This document shows, piece by piece, positions 31,431 to 46,152 of a DNA stretch of 64,000 nucleotides. The notes below the pieces were generated by a model. It was not told the DNA's origin, searched no databases, and saw only the letters and a list, made by a program, of their open reading frames with translations. Source of the DNA: Opitutaceae bacterium BACL24 MAG-120322-bin51 (lineage in GTDB: Bacteria; Verrucomicrobiota; Verrucomicrobiia; Opitutales; Coraliomargaritaceae); the NCBI GenBank assembly GCA_905182435.1, contig CAJJBN010000024.1, forward strand, positions 4,332-68,331. The letters run 5' to 3'. Each line of letters opens with the position of its first letter. Position 1 is the first letter of the stretch. Position numbers and translations under genes: made by a program.

Positions 31431-31713
31431 ATTTCGTTCAGGCCGAATGCATTGCGGTGCGCAGCGCTGACGGGGATCGGCGCAATGCTCAAATCCGCGT
31501 GCTTCAATGCCACTGGGGGAGAAAAAAGGGGGAAGTCCGTCATGTTGAAAATCGTAGCTGTATTCCTGGGGAAATCTTTGGCCGCAAAGGGCATCAGTGC
31601 ACCGGCTATTTTGCCTTCACGCTCGGACAGCAGTAGCAATGCCTCGCGCAGCCCTTACTTAAATGGCACTGACAACCAGCGTGCCGGCACCTGGAAGACC
31701 GCGCAGCACTAGC

Positions 31714-33142
31714 CTAGGCAATCAAGGCATCGAGTAAGGCGCGTAACTTCAACTCGGTCTCGCGGGTTTCTTTCTCTGGATCCGAGCCTTCGACAATGCC
31801 CGCACCTGCATACAGGTTGGCCGTAGTGCCTTCAATCAGAGCCGAACGAATGCCAACGATCATCTCGCCCTCATTGAGGTGATTAAACCAACCGATCACT
31901 CCAGAATAAAGACCGCGATCCAACTGCTCCAAGTCATGTATCCGCGCCATTGCTTTTTCGCGGGGCGTCCCTCCGACGGCTGGCGTCGGGTGCATCTCTT
32001 GCAAAATATTAAGCAGGTGCACATCGTCGCCTACTTCCGCTTCGATCGCAGTTTGCAGGTGCTGCACATTAGCCAAGGGTAATAAGCGCGGCATAGAATC
32101 CGCATGCCCATTGACCCCGACAGCCTTCAATCGGCGTAAAATCGAATCACGCACACAGGCGTGCTCATGTAGATCCTTGTCACTGTCCAATAAGTCTCGG
32201 GCGAACTTGGCATCCTCACCGGCAGTCTCACCGCGTGGCGCCGAACCAGCAATCGCCTCAGTTAAAAGCTGGCCTTTGCGAATGCGCAATAAACGCTCCG
32301 GCGTGGCGCCGATAAAGCTACGCCCATCTCCGCCGCCAAACGAAAAGGTAAAACATCCGGCAAACCTTTCACGCAAGCAGTTTAAGGCATGAAGCGGCTG
32401 CCACGGCTCATTGGCCTGCAACTTAATCCCACGCGCCAGCACAATTTTCTCATACGCCCCTGCAGCAATCTCTTGCAGCGCTTTAGTCACCGCTCGCGGA
32501 TATACATCCGCTGCCAACTCTGAACGTTCCACCAGCAGTCGGCTTTACCGCGGGCGCGGTTTCGACAGGAGTCGCGGAATAATCAAAAATTGAAAACTTT
32601 TGATACGCCCCCCACACCCGAGCCACCAGTTGATCAAGGTCTGCGTCCGGATCGATACGAATATTCGCCACCGCGCCATATTTCCCTTTGGCACGCGAGA
32701 CCTGCCAACGCGGCAGAAAAATTGTCGCCGGCGCAAAGGCGCTGCCCTCAGGCACCGTGTCATTAAAAGTAAACGCGGTGAAAAAATGCGGTCCAGTAAA
32801 CGGTTCATTCAGATCCCCGACCACGATCGTGTTATCCATGATCTCATCCGCAAAAGCCTGCGCCTGTGCGAACCGATCCACTCCAGAAAACGTCGCCTCG
32901 GCGACTGCCTCCGCGCCGGCCAGCGCCTCCTCATCGACCGCACGCTCGATATAAAAGTGCAACTCACTCGGTTCGTAGATCGATTCCAACACAGCCAGCG
33001 GCGCAAGGTGCTTCACCGCCAACGAAATACTCGCAATTTGAAAATGCTGCTTGGCACGCGCCGTCTCCCGACAACCCTCCAGGAAAACACGCAGTGCATC
33101 TTGGTCGCGCTCTGGAAGCATACTGGAAGGAATGATTTGCAT
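31714..33142 (-). CDS. menF: Isochorismate synthase; frameshift at ~32530
   Basis: [49 protein letters not shown]. The N-terminal half is in ORF 32483-33142. Confidence 0.85.
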
Positions 33143-33534
33143 AGTTGCTTAGTAGTAGAGAAACGAACGATCAGGCTGCAATCAAAATGGACAGAATGGC
33201 ATGGTCAAATTAAACAAAAGAAAGCACATCCCCCATCTGCTCAGACAGGTTTAACTATAGAGAGCATAGCGCTCTGGACTGAAAGATCATTCGCATTGGA
33301 AAATATCCTGCTATAGCACGATCAAAAACGGGCCTGAGTTGTTTAACAACTGAATGAATTGCCCTACGGTTAAATTCACTCATTTAGAAAGGATGACGAT
33401 GATTGCTCATTTTCACTTTGCCCTGCGCCGCATTATTCTAGATTCAATAGGTAGAAGTGCTGAGTCTGCAATTCACTACCCACTTGCTTCGCCATCCACG
33501 GCAGACCTCCGATTAGCTGCTAACTCTATTTTTA

Positions 33535-35532
33535 ATGACCGATTTTTACGACACCGAATCCAGCGCCTTAGCGCCAATCGACTTTCGCGCTGAACTCAAC
33601 GACGAGCAATACGCCGCAGTCACCGCCGAACCAGGCCCCGCGCTCGTCCTTGCTGGTGCGGGCTCGGGCAAGACACGCACTTTAACCTATCGTGTCGCCT
33701 ACCTGATACACCAAGGCATCAAACCTTACGAAATCCTGCTGCTGACCTTTACCAATAAATCCGCCAAGGAAATGTTGGAACGTGTGGAAGACCTGACCGG
33801 CGTCAAAAAACACCAGCTCTGGGGCGGCACCTTCCACAGCATCGCGCAGCGCATCCTCCGCGTGCATGGCGAGGCGGTCGGCCTCCAGCGCAACTACACC
33901 ATTCTCGACCAGAGCGAGTCAGAGAGCCTGCTGAAAAATGCGATCAACACGGTCGACCCCACATTCATCAAAGGTAAGAACAACCCGAAGCCGAAGGTCG
34001 TGCACAACATGATCAGCTATGCGCGCAATACCTGCCGTACCGTTTTCGAAGAAGCTGACGACCACTATCCTTTCCTCGAGGGTATGGCGCAAAAGATCGC
34101 CGACATCTACAAGGTCTACAGCAAAACCAAGCTAGAGCATCAGGTTGTCGACTACGATGATCTGCTCGAATACTTGCTCAAGCTCCTGCGCGAGCACCCC
34201 GAGGTAGCGGCGCAATATCAGCAACGCTTCAAGCACATTTTGGTCGACGAATTTCAAGATACCAACCGCCTGCAATCCGAGATCGTCGACATCCTCGGCG
34301 TGCACCACCAGATCATGGCCGTGGGTGACGATGCGCAATGCATCTACACGTGGCGCGGTGCGGATTTTGACAATATCATGCGGTTCACCGAGCGCCACCC
34401 CGGAGCGACGATTCATAAGATCGAGACAAACTACCGCAGTTCTCCGCAAATTCTCGAATTTGCCAATGCCGTGCTCTCCGCACAACCAGCCGGCATGGGC
34501 TACTCCAAAGAGCTGCGCCCCGTGCGCCCCGATGGTGAGAAGCCCTATTTCACGCCAGTCATGGATGCGCGTGGCCAAGCCAATTTCATCATCCAGCGCA
34601 TCGAAGGCCTAATCGACGAAGGCCGTGACCTTTCCGAAGTCGCGGTGCTCTACCGCGCGCATTACCAAGCGATGGATCTGCAGATGGAGCTCACGCGCCG
34701 TGGTATCGATTATCAAATCACTAGTGGCGTGCGCTTTTTTGAGCAATCCCACATCCGCGACTTCTCCGCACAGCTGCGCTTCGCCTCGAACCCTGCCGAT
34801 GTCTCTGCGTTTGCACGCTTCACATGCCTACTGCCCAAAGTCGGCCCCAAGACCGCAGAGCGCATCCATGCATTTACCAAAAAACTCGCCGAGAAGGAGG
34901 AGAAAGACTTTTGCGAAGTGCTCACCTCTGAGGCGGTGCTGAAAAAAGTGCCCAACGACGCCAAAGAAGAATGGCCGTCCTTGGCCGAAACACTTCGCGA
35001 AGTGTCCGTGGCACTGACAAGTGAAACGCCCGAAGCGATCGTGCAACTTGCCCTCGACGGCTGGTATAGCTCCTTCATTCGCGAGATCTATCCGAACTGG
35101 ACCGAACGCGCCGACGACTTGCAGAGCTTGATCAGTTTCGCCAGCCGCTTTGACACGATGCAAGAACTGCTCTCGCAGCTCGTGCTGCTCGCCTCTGAAA
35201 GTAACGAGCGCGACTCAACTGAAGCCTTAAACTGCCTGCGGCTGACCACCATTCACCAAGCTAAAGGTCTGGAGTTCCCGATCGTATTTGTCATCGGACT
35301 CGCCGATGGACTGTTTCCACTCAAGCGCACCATCGACGATGGCGACCTGGAAGAAGAGCGCCGTCTATTCTACGTAGCCGTCACCCGTGCCATGGAGGAA
35401 CTGTATCTCTCCTACCCGATGCTCAATCAACAAGGCAATACGGTGATACGCCTCAACCCGAGCCGCTTCGTGCAAGAGGTGGATGTCAGTCGCTACGAAA
35501 CGCTACGCGTTGCACCGACACGCAGTTGGTAG
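33535..35532 (+). CDS. UvrD/PcrA-family SF1 DNA helicase
   Basis: [59 protein letters not shown]. Confidence 0.95.
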   Translation: MTDFYDTESSALAPIDFRAELNDEQYAAVTAEPGPALVLAGAGSGKTRTLTYRVAYLIHQGIKPYEILLLTFTNKSAKEMLERVEDLTGVKKHQLWGGTFHSIAQRILRVHGEAVGLQRNYTILDQSESESLLKNAINTVDPTFIKGKNNPKPKVVHNMISYARNTCRTVFEEADDHYPFLEGMAQKIADIYKVYSKTKLEHQVVDYDDLLEYLLKLLREHPEVAAQYQQRFKHILVDEFQDTNRLQSEIVDILGVHHQIMAVGDDAQCIYTWRGADFDNIMRFTERHPGATIHKIETNYRSSPQILEFANAVLSAQPAGMGYSKELRPVRPDGEKPYFTPVMDARGQANFIIQRIEGLIDEGRDLSEVAVLYRAHYQAMDLQMELTRRGIDYQITSGVRFFEQSHIRDFSAQLRFASNPADVSAFARFTCLLPKVGPKTAERIHAFTKKLAEKEEKDFCEVLTSEAVLKKVPNDAKEEWPSLAETLREVSVALTSETPEAIVQLALDGWYSSFIREIYPNWTERADDLQSLISFASRFDTMQELLSQLVLLASESNERDSTEALNCLRLTTIHQAKGLEFPIVFVIGLADGLFPLKRTIDDGDLEEERRLFYVAVTRAMEELYLSYPMLNQQGNTVIRLNPSRFVQEVDVSRYETLRVAPTRSW

Positions 35533-35633
35533 TGGGTGAGAGCGATTTATGCGTTTGAGACAATCGAGACGCTGCAGTTTGCATCTCATCGATTGTGTGG
35601 GCGCGTAAAAATAAGGTTCATAGCGAGGGTAAA

Positions 35634-35903
35634 GGAGGGAGGGCGACTCGCCCTCCTTTGCAGCAACACAGGATGAATGTGGGCGAGTCGCCCTCCTTTG
35701 CAGCAACACAGGATGCAATGTGGGCGAGTCGCCCTCCTTTGCAGCAACACAGGATCAATGTGGGCGAGTCGCCCTCCTTGCAGCAACACAGGGTCAATGT
35801 GGGCGAGTCGCCCTCCGTTGCAGCACACACAGAGGTCAAAGTGAGGGAGGGCGACTCGCCCTCCTTTGCAGCAACACAGGGTCAATGTGGGCGAGTCGCC
35901 CAC
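35634..35903. repeat. About 40-bp tandem repeat array with 7 palindromes GGGCGA(G/C)TCGCCC (REP/BIME-like)
   Basis: Palindromes at about 35641, 35681, 35722, 35762, 35801, 35849 and 35889; linkers TCCTTTGCAGCAACACAGG.TCAATGT are near-identical. Confidence 0.9.
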
Positions 35904-35965
35904 ACTCCTATCGCGGCAATGGCACCAACAAGCCCCCCTGAGCAGCAGAGTTTGATGGCAATCCC

Positions 35966-37543
<1,578 letters not shown>

Positions 37544-37698
37544 CAGTGGGAACGATTTGAAAAACCGACAAAAACACAGACTTAGGGTGTCTGGGGCAAA
37601 CCTAAACCGTAGCAGAGCAGACAGATGTCGTGCCAAACCGTACTGCGTGCGTCGAATAGAAGTGAGCCAAGCATGCCGGGGCGTGGCAAGCCGCGCGA

Positions 37699-39135
37699 CT
37701 ACGTGCTCTGAAGATAAACCACTTGTGTCTGCATAAATTCATACAGTCCGTGCTTACCATCCGCACCACCGATACCCGACTTGCGGCAACCAGCGTGGTA
37801 GCCCTGCATCGCCTCAAAGTGCTCACGGTTAATATACGTTTCGCCGAAGTTAAGTGCTTCGACTAGATTCATCGCCTCATTGATATCGTTCGAGAATACC
37901 GAGGATGTCAGTCCGTATTCCGTGTCGTTGGCCATGGCGATCGCTTCCTCTATCTCGTCAAAAACCACCACCGGAATAACTGGGCCAAAGATTTCCTGAG
38001 TCACAATGTCCATCTGCTGAGTGCAAGCGCCAACGACCGTCGGCTCGAAATAGTAGCCAGACTCATCTGCACCGCGCTGACCGCCGCAAAGGATTTGCGC
38101 ACCATCGCTCACCGCGCTAGCCAGCAAGCTCACAATCTTATCGAAACCAGCTTTATTAATCATGGGTCCATAATCGACTGTCTCGTCTTGCAATGGGTTG
38201 CCAAAGCGCGCGGCCTGCATCTTCTCGACCAGCTTCGCAGTAAAAACCTCTGCCACGCTGCGCTGCACGTAAATGCGCTCGGCGCAATTACACACCTGCC
38301 CACTATTGATGACACGGGAGGCCTGAATCGCTGTCGCCGCGAGATCGAGGTCAGCATTGGCAGTGACAATCGCCGGGGCTTTGCCGCCAAGCTCCAAATT
38401 GACCCGCGTAATGTGCTGCGCGGCAGTCGCCATGATGCGTGAACCAGTGTCCACACTGCCAGTAAAGCTGATCATGCCGACCTTCGGACTCTCAGTTAAC
38501 GCGCGGCCCGCAGTCGCCCCATAACCTGAGATAAGATTGACGAGGCCAGCGGGAATGTCGGTCTGCGCTAGGATTTTACAAAATTCAAAGGCGTTGTTGG
38601 GTGTCTCCTCGCTCGGCTTGAGCACGATCGCATTGCCCGTAATTAATGCCGGGGCCAATTTACGAGCGATCAGGAAAAAAGGGAAATTCCACGGCAAGAT
38701 GCCCGCCACCACGCCAATCGGCTTGTGAAACAGGAAGATATTCTCCTTCGGGCGATCGCTCTCGATGATCTCACCTTCGATTCGGCGTCCCCACTCGGCC
38801 ATGTAGTCGAGATAATCTGCGGTAAAGTTCACCTCCACACGAGCCAGCCCGAGTGTTTTGCCCTGTTCCTCAGTGATGACACGGGCCAGAGGCTCGACTT
38901 GTTCACGGATTTTATCCGCGAGCACATGCAAATGCTTTCCTCGGGCAACTGCTGGCAGTGCCGCCCACGCTGGTTGAGCGGCTTCTGCGGCAGCAATCGC
39001 GGCCTCGACCTGCTCGGGCGAACTGTCAGGGATCGTCGAAATCGCTGCACCTGTGGCGGGGTTGATCACCGTGATCGTATTGGAGTGAGAAGAATCGACA
39101 AATTGACCGTTAATATAGTTGGAGTAATGGATCAT
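37699..39135 (-). CDS. aldA: NAD-dependent aldehyde dehydrogenase (lactaldehyde/glycolaldehyde dehydrogenase AldA-like)
   Basis: EGEIIESDRP.ENI, LPWNFPFFLIARK, KPSEETP, LELGGKAP, NSGQVCNCAER, FGETYINRE.FEAMQG, GGADGKHGL. Confidence 0.88.
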   Translation of the reverse strand: MIHYSNYINGQFVDSSHSNTITVINPATGAAISTIPDSSPEQVEAAIAAAEAAQPAWAALPAVARGKHLHVLADKIREQVEPLARVITEEQGKTLGLARVEVNFTADYLDYMAEWGRRIEGEIIESDRPKENIFLFHKPIGVVAGILPWNFPFFLIARKLAPALITGNAIVLKPSEETPNNAFEFCKILAQTDIPAGLVNLISGYGATAGRALTESPKVGMISFTGSVDTGSRIMATAAQHITRVNLELGGKAPAIVTANADLDLAATAIQASRVINSGQVCNCAERIYVQRSVAEVFTAKLVEKMQAARFGNPLQDETVDYGPMINKAGFDKIVSLLASAVSDGAQILCGGQRGADESGYYFEPTVVGACTQQMDIVTQEIFGPVIPVVVFDEIEEAIAMANDTEYGLTSSVFSNDINEAMNLVEALNFGETYINREHFEAMQGYHAGCRKSGIGGADGKHGLYEFMQTQVVYLQST

Positions 39136-39363
39136 ACAGGAAACATCCCAAGAGATACCCGTCAGTTCAATCAGAAAGCCTAATCCTATTAATTTAACGC
39201 CACAACGATACAAGCCTGTGAATCCAGTGTTTTCTTGCCTTGCAGTATTCAAAATCAGCCCTAATCTCCGCCTCTTTTTTGGAATTTCGTGGGCGATACT
39301 CGCATATGCAAAGCCCTCAATTTAAAGTAGTAAATACAATCTATAAACACATCAGATCAGATC

Positions 39364-41457
<2,094 letters not shown>

Positions 41458-41480
41458 GCGTCCAGCAACACACTTCTAAC

Positions 41481-41515
41481 AAAAGTCCCCGACTCGAAAG
41501 AGCGGGGACTTTTTT
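41481..41515 (+). terminator. Rho-independent terminator of fusA
   Basis: AAAAGTCCCCG-loop-CGGGGACTTTTTT. Confidence 0.85.
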
Positions 41516-41696
41516 GTTGCGACCGCTAAACGGGACGCACTTCCCTAACTGTGATTGAAAGGCAAAAGTGGAATCAGCCACTCGCCCATTCGGCTAGGCA
41601 ACGATTGCAGTAAAGGTATCTGCACGAAGTAAACCAATGGCACAACTCGCCTGCTCGTACGCCCACAGGGCTGTGAGCTGTCTATTGCGGAAAAAA

Positions 41697-41977
41697 CAGG
41701 GTCGCTAACAGGATTGCCGTGCCTTCTGCGTACTTTTTAAAGCGGGACGTTCGTCCCTAAAAGCACTTCGACAAACCCGCTGATTCGCGGGTTCAAATCC
41801 CGCCGCGTAAATTATACTGCGTAAAAATGGGGTGGCTAACGGGATTGCCGTGCCTTCTGCGTACTTTTTAAAGCGGGACGTTCGTCCCTAAAAGCACTTC
41901 GACAAACCCGCTGATTCGCGGGTTCAAATCCCGCCGCGTAAATTATACTGCGTAAAAATGGGGTGGCTAACGGGATT
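41697..41977. repeat. tRNA-linked 131-bp tandem repeats carrying copies of the tRNA-His 3' end
   Basis: 41711-41841 is repeated at 41842-41972 (period 131). The tRNA 3' end TGGGGTGGCTAACGGGATT recurs at 41828 and, degenerate, at ~41697. Confidence 0.9.
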
Positions 41978-42036
41978 CGAACCCGCGACCCCCGGCACCA
42001 CAAGCCGGTGCTCTAACCAACTGAGCTATAGCCACC
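41959..42036 (-). tRNA. tRNA-His (GTG)
   Basis: Reverse complement reads G-GTGGCTATAGCTCAGTTGGTTAGAGCACCGGCTT-GTG-GTGCCGG...GTTCGAATCCCGTTAGCCACCCCA, with G-1 and CCA. Confidence 0.95.
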
Positions 42037-42554
42037 ATCTGGAAAGATATACAGAGCGCACATCCCTAAAGAAGAGCCGACATGCTCTTCCTGATCGCCC
42101 ACTTGTCAATAGTCCTTTGGAGGAATTTTATCTTTTTTTCAGTGAACTGAAAATCTGATCTGCAGGGTCCTCAATTGCCACCTCGATTTCTGCCAGCTGA
42201 GTCCGAGCTGGCAAAGGATTCCAAGCTCTATCGCGGATTTCCCCGCCCCGATGACAGCTCGAGGATGTCAGCCGAAACGCGCCACTCACAGAGAGTTGAA
42301 TCCAGCCATCCGCAGTGGCGAGCAGCGCATAAAGCTTAAGGTGTAAGGTCTTGCTTGGATCTTAGGTTAGCAATCGCACGCACTCGATTCATGCGATAAA
42401 TCCTAAGCTCGAATACAGCACCGCTCCTGTACTCACTATGCCAATACTCATAATTAAATGCCTGTGAGCGCTTACGTGCACTTGCCAGTAATCCGAAAAT
42501 ACTCATAAACCTTCAAGTTGCTCAAACAATGGAGCTGAATTAGAAATATTTTAT

Positions 42555-43217
42555 ATGAAAACGGTACTCTTCGACTTAGACGGCACACTGATTGACCATT
42601 TTACCACAATTCATCGTTGCGTCGTATTTACACAACAGCAGCTCGACTTGCCAGAGTCAGACTATGATACCGTGCGAGCGACTGTCGGTGGCTCTGCGCC
42701 AGTGACTCTTGGTAAATTGCTGGGTGAAGCATACGTCGATACCGCACTACCGATATTCCAAAATTACTTCGAGCAAATCATGTTTGAAGACCTGATCGCG
42801 CTACCAGGATCCAATTGGATACTGAACGAACTGAAACAACGTGGCTACCAGCTCGCTGTTTTTACCAATAAAAATGGTAATCAATCGCGCGCAATTTTAG
42901 ACTTTCTAGGACAGGCACAGTACCTAGATGCGGTTATCGGCACCGGAGACACCCCTTACCGCAAGCCCGATCCAGAGTTCACTGCCCATGCACTCGAATG
43001 CTTAACAGCGTCCTCCGAAGATACTATTCTCATCGGCGACTCGCCCTTTGACTTCGCCGCCGCAGAAGCGGGACAGCTCAAAACTTACCTCGTCGCAACA
43101 GGCAGCCATACCAAAACTGAATTGTCTGCGGCAACACAAGCAGTCGGCATCTACGCCGACCTATACGAGCTTGGAGCCGCACTTTTCGACCTCACACCCG
43201 AAACCACTCAAGTCTAG
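42555..43217 (+). CDS. HAD-family hydrolase (phosphoglycolate phosphatase-like)
   Basis: FDLDGTL, FTNK, KPDP, IGDSPFD. Confidence 0.9.
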   Translation: MKTVLFDLDGTLIDHFTTIHRCVVFTQQQLDLPESDYDTVRATVGGSAPVTLGKLLGEAYVDTALPIFQNYFEQIMFEDLIALPGSNWILNELKQRGYQLAVFTNKNGNQSRAILDFLGQAQYLDAVIGTGDTPYRKPDPEFTAHALECLTASSEDTILIGDSPFDFAAAEAGQLKTYLVATGSHTKTELSAATQAVGIYADLYELGAALFDLTPETTQV

Positions 43218-43880
43218 ATGCCACTGACTCCGACACTCCCGCTACCAAAGGCAATCCTTTGGGATATGGACGGCACCTTGATCGACCAAACAGCTGCGAT
43301 CATTCGCGCTTACGGCGACGTCATCGAAGCAATGGGCGGCGGCATTCCCGACCCCGAAGTGATACGTCGAAGCCTCGGTGGGCCGATGGCATCAACCATG
43401 GCGCTGTTTATAGATGATGCAGGCTTAGACGAAGCTGCGAAGCGCTTTCGACTACGCTTCCCAGAGATCATGTTCGATGGTTTGATTATCTTACCCGGCG
43501 GACTGGAGCTGATCGAAAGCGCCAATAAAGCACATATCGCGCAAGTCATCTTCACTAATAAGCACGGTGACACCGCTCGCAGAGTCAGCGAATATGCCGG
43601 CTTCTCCAAATACATACCCATCTGCATCGGCAACACAGACACGGATTGGCACAAGCCACAGGTAGAACTGACGCGCTATGTATTGGATCAAATCAACGCC
43701 TCTGCAGCAGGTGCTTGCATGATCGGCGACTCACCAACTGATATCGAAACCGCTCACAATGCGGGGCTCCCCTGCTACGGCATCGCCACCGGCGCACATA
43801 GCACCGACGAGATGCTAGCGGCTGGAGCTGAAGCAGCCTTCAACAGTCTGGTCGAACTCAAAGCAGCCTTCGGTTTGTAG
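43218..43880 (+). CDS. HAD-family hydrolase (phosphoglycolate phosphatase-like)
   Basis: WDMDGTL, FTNK, KPQ, IGDSPTD. Confidence 0.9.
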   Translation: MPLTPTLPLPKAILWDMDGTLIDQTAAIIRAYGDVIEAMGGGIPDPEVIRRSLGGPMASTMALFIDDAGLDEAAKRFRLRFPEIMFDGLIILPGGLELIESANKAHIAQVIFTNKHGDTARRVSEYAGFSKYIPICIGNTDTDWHKPQVELTRYVLDQINASAAGACMIGDSPTDIETAHNAGLPCYGIATGAHSTDEMLAAGAEAAFNSLVELKAAFGL

Positions 43881-43896
43881 CGCAAGTCGAGCTAGC

Positions 43897-44580
43897 TCAA
43901 TCGATGCGCGAAACAGTCTCGATTTTCTCTTTAATAGAGGCAATAGCGTTCGCCTTTAGATAACCGCGAAACGCCATCGTCGGCATTACCAGTGAGCGTC
44001 GCCCAAGGATTGATCCAGGATTCAACACCGAATGGCAGCCGACCTCCGCGCCATCACCGACGAGTGCACCGAGTTTACGTAGGCCAGAACCACAGCGCGA
44101 ACCATCTGGCAACTGCACAGGCACTTCGGATTGATCTAGACGTAGATTCGAACACGTGACTCCAGCGGCCAAGTGCACTTTATTGCCGAGTACACTGTCG
44201 CCAACATAACTAAAATGGGGCACCTGCACCCCGTCCAGCAGCAGGCAGTTTTTAAATTCACAAGAGTTACCCAACACACAATTCGCACCCGCAATCACGA
44301 AGCCACGAATATAAACGCCTGGTCGCAATACACAGCCCTCGCCGATATAAGCAGGGCCAGTGATCGAACCAAATGGCGGCAACTTGACTGATGGATGAAT
44401 AAAAACCTGCCCTTCTACATGTAGCCCAGGGGGAATCTCGCCTCGAAGTGATTCAAACTGGAACGCATTCAGTGCCTGAGCAATCAGCGGTACCCACTGC
44501 CACGGAGCGAGCTCAGCAGAGAAGACTCGATCAAATGGCAAGGATTCGGGAAAATCAAACAGGTCATGGGCTTTAAGCAT
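43897..44580 (-). CDS. Left-handed beta-helix acyltransferase, GlmU C-terminal-like
   Basis: Hexapeptide repeats; GNSCEFKN, VPHFSYVGDSVLG, SNLRLD, RKLGALVGD. Confidence 0.85.
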   Translation of the reverse strand: MLKAHDLFDFPESLPFDRVFSAELAPWQWVPLIAQALNAFQFESLRGEIPPGLHVEGQVFIHPSVKLPPFGSITGPAYIGEGCVLRPGVYIRGFVIAGANCVLGNSCEFKNCLLLDGVQVPHFSYVGDSVLGNKVHLAAGVTCSNLRLDQSEVPVQLPDGSRCGSGLRKLGALVGDGAEVGCHSVLNPGSILGRRSLVMPTMAFRGYLKANAIASIKEKIETVSRID

Positions 44581-44700
44581 TCGAAAACTTGAACCATTCA
44601 CAGGCTTTTGCGCGAACTTAAAAAATGCTTACAATTCAGGTTTGTTTTAAGAAACAAAGGGAGTAGGTTATCGAAATCATTCATTTAAAACCAATACCTA

Positions 44701-45996
44701 GTGCACGACGTTAAAGAAAAACCACGAATGGTCGAACGGGCCATGCTCATCGGCATCACCCTTCCCAGTGAGGACGGCGCCACCACACGCAGCCTCCTTG
44801 ACGAGCTGCGTGAACTCGTCACCACCCTCGGCATCGGCATCCAGCACGAAGTACAGCTCTCGATCCGTAAACCTCAGGCAAAATTCCTGCTTGGTACAGG
44901 CAAGGCCGAAGAGATGATCGACCTAGCGAAAGCGCACAATTGCGACGTCATCGTGTTTGATAATGAGCTCACCCCCGCACAGCAGCGGAACTGGGAGCAA
45001 GCGGCGGATGACAAGATCTTGGTCATCGATCGCCAAGAGGTGATTCTCGATATTTTTGGCAAGCGTGCACAAACCAAAGAGGCTGTCTTGCAAGTGGAAT
45101 TGGCGCGTCTCGAATACAATTTACCACGCTTGAAAAGCGCATGGACGCACCTAAGTCGTCAACGTGGCGGTGGCTCGACGCAACGAGATGCCGGCGAAAC
45201 GCAGCAAGAGCTGGACCAACGTATGGTACGCACACAAATCACACGCGTGAAGCGTGAGCTCGAAAGCGTGATACAGCACCGCCATGTGCAGCGCAAAAAG
45301 CGCATGACCGTCCCCGTGCCGACCTGCGCAATCGTTGGCTACACCAATGCCGGCAAATCTTCGTTGCTCAACCAGCTAACAAATTCGGACATTCTCGTCG
45401 AAGACAAACTGTTCGCCACGCTCGACCCCACGTCGCGTCGTTGCCCGTTACCAAGTGGACAGCCTCTAATTGTAACCGATACTGTCGGGTTTGTGCGCAA
45501 TCTGCCACACCGCTTAGTCAACGCCTTCAAAGCGACTCTAGAGGAGGCGGTCGTCTCTAACTTTTTGATCCATGTGCTGGATGTTAACAGCCCAGAGATC
45601 GAAGCCCATGCAGAAACCACCCTTTCGGTACTCCATGGACTCGGTGCTGATGAAAAGAAAATCATCACGGTCTTCAACAAAATCGACGATCTGTGGAGTG
45701 AGGATATACGCCTCACCCTGTCTTTCAGGTATCCGGAAGCACTCTTTGTCAGCGCACATTCGGGCGAAGGTATTCCTGAATTGCTAGAGCGCATCGAAGC
45801 CATTGTCGAAAGCGACTTTGCGCAATTGCGCTTACTCATACCGCATGACCGCTATGATCTGGTCGCCCGCCTACACCGCGAAGGTGGCGTGCGTAAAGAA
45901 GAGGCGCGAGATGACGGCACTTACATCGTTGGTTCTGTCCCCGAGCGAATGTTATCAGCATTGCACCCTTTTCTGCTTAGCAACGAAGAGTCCTAA
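44701..45996 (+). CDS. hflX: GTPase HflX
   Basis: VGYTNAGKS, LFATLDPT, DTVGF, NKID, SAHSG. Confidence 0.95.
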   Translation: MHDVKEKPRMVERAMLIGITLPSEDGATTRSLLDELRELVTTLGIGIQHEVQLSIRKPQAKFLLGTGKAEEMIDLAKAHNCDVIVFDNELTPAQQRNWEQAADDKILVIDRQEVILDIFGKRAQTKEAVLQVELARLEYNLPRLKSAWTHLSRQRGGGSTQRDAGETQQELDQRMVRTQITRVKRELESVIQHRHVQRKKRMTVPVPTCAIVGYTNAGKSSLLNQLTNSDILVEDKLFATLDPTSRRCPLPSGQPLIVTDTVGFVRNLPHRLVNAFKATLEEAVVSNFLIHVLDVNSPEIEAHAETTLSVLHGLGADEKKIITVFNKIDDLWSEDIRLTLSFRYPEALFVSAHSGEGIPELLERIEAIVESDFAQLRLLIPHDRYDLVARLHREGGVRKEEARDDGTYIVGSVPERMLSALHPFLLSNEES

Positions 45997-46152
45997 GCTC
46001 TGGGTGCATCGACCATCTGCGAAGGTCTTTGCACCAATCAGAGTTCAGATGCTTGGCTTTTCCTGGCATAATTAATCCTGCAATAACAATAAATATAAAT
46101 TTATAATATACCTCTGCGTCGCACTCTTGAAATAATTGATTAGCATAAAATC

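Noticed and set aside
31361-31712. Small ORFs or a transposase fragment after the TA pair
   Set aside because: No recognisable motifs; three overlapping ORFs with no support for any of them.
35634-35903. CRISPR array
   Set aside because: The 'spacers' are near-identical, the period is only ~40 bp and there are no cas genes; this is a REP-like tandem repeat.
41711-41958. Additional tRNA genes or an attL/attR-bounded prophage
   Set aside because: Only a 19-nt tRNA 3' end and a T-arm-like hairpin are present, with no full cloverleaf and no integrase or cargo.
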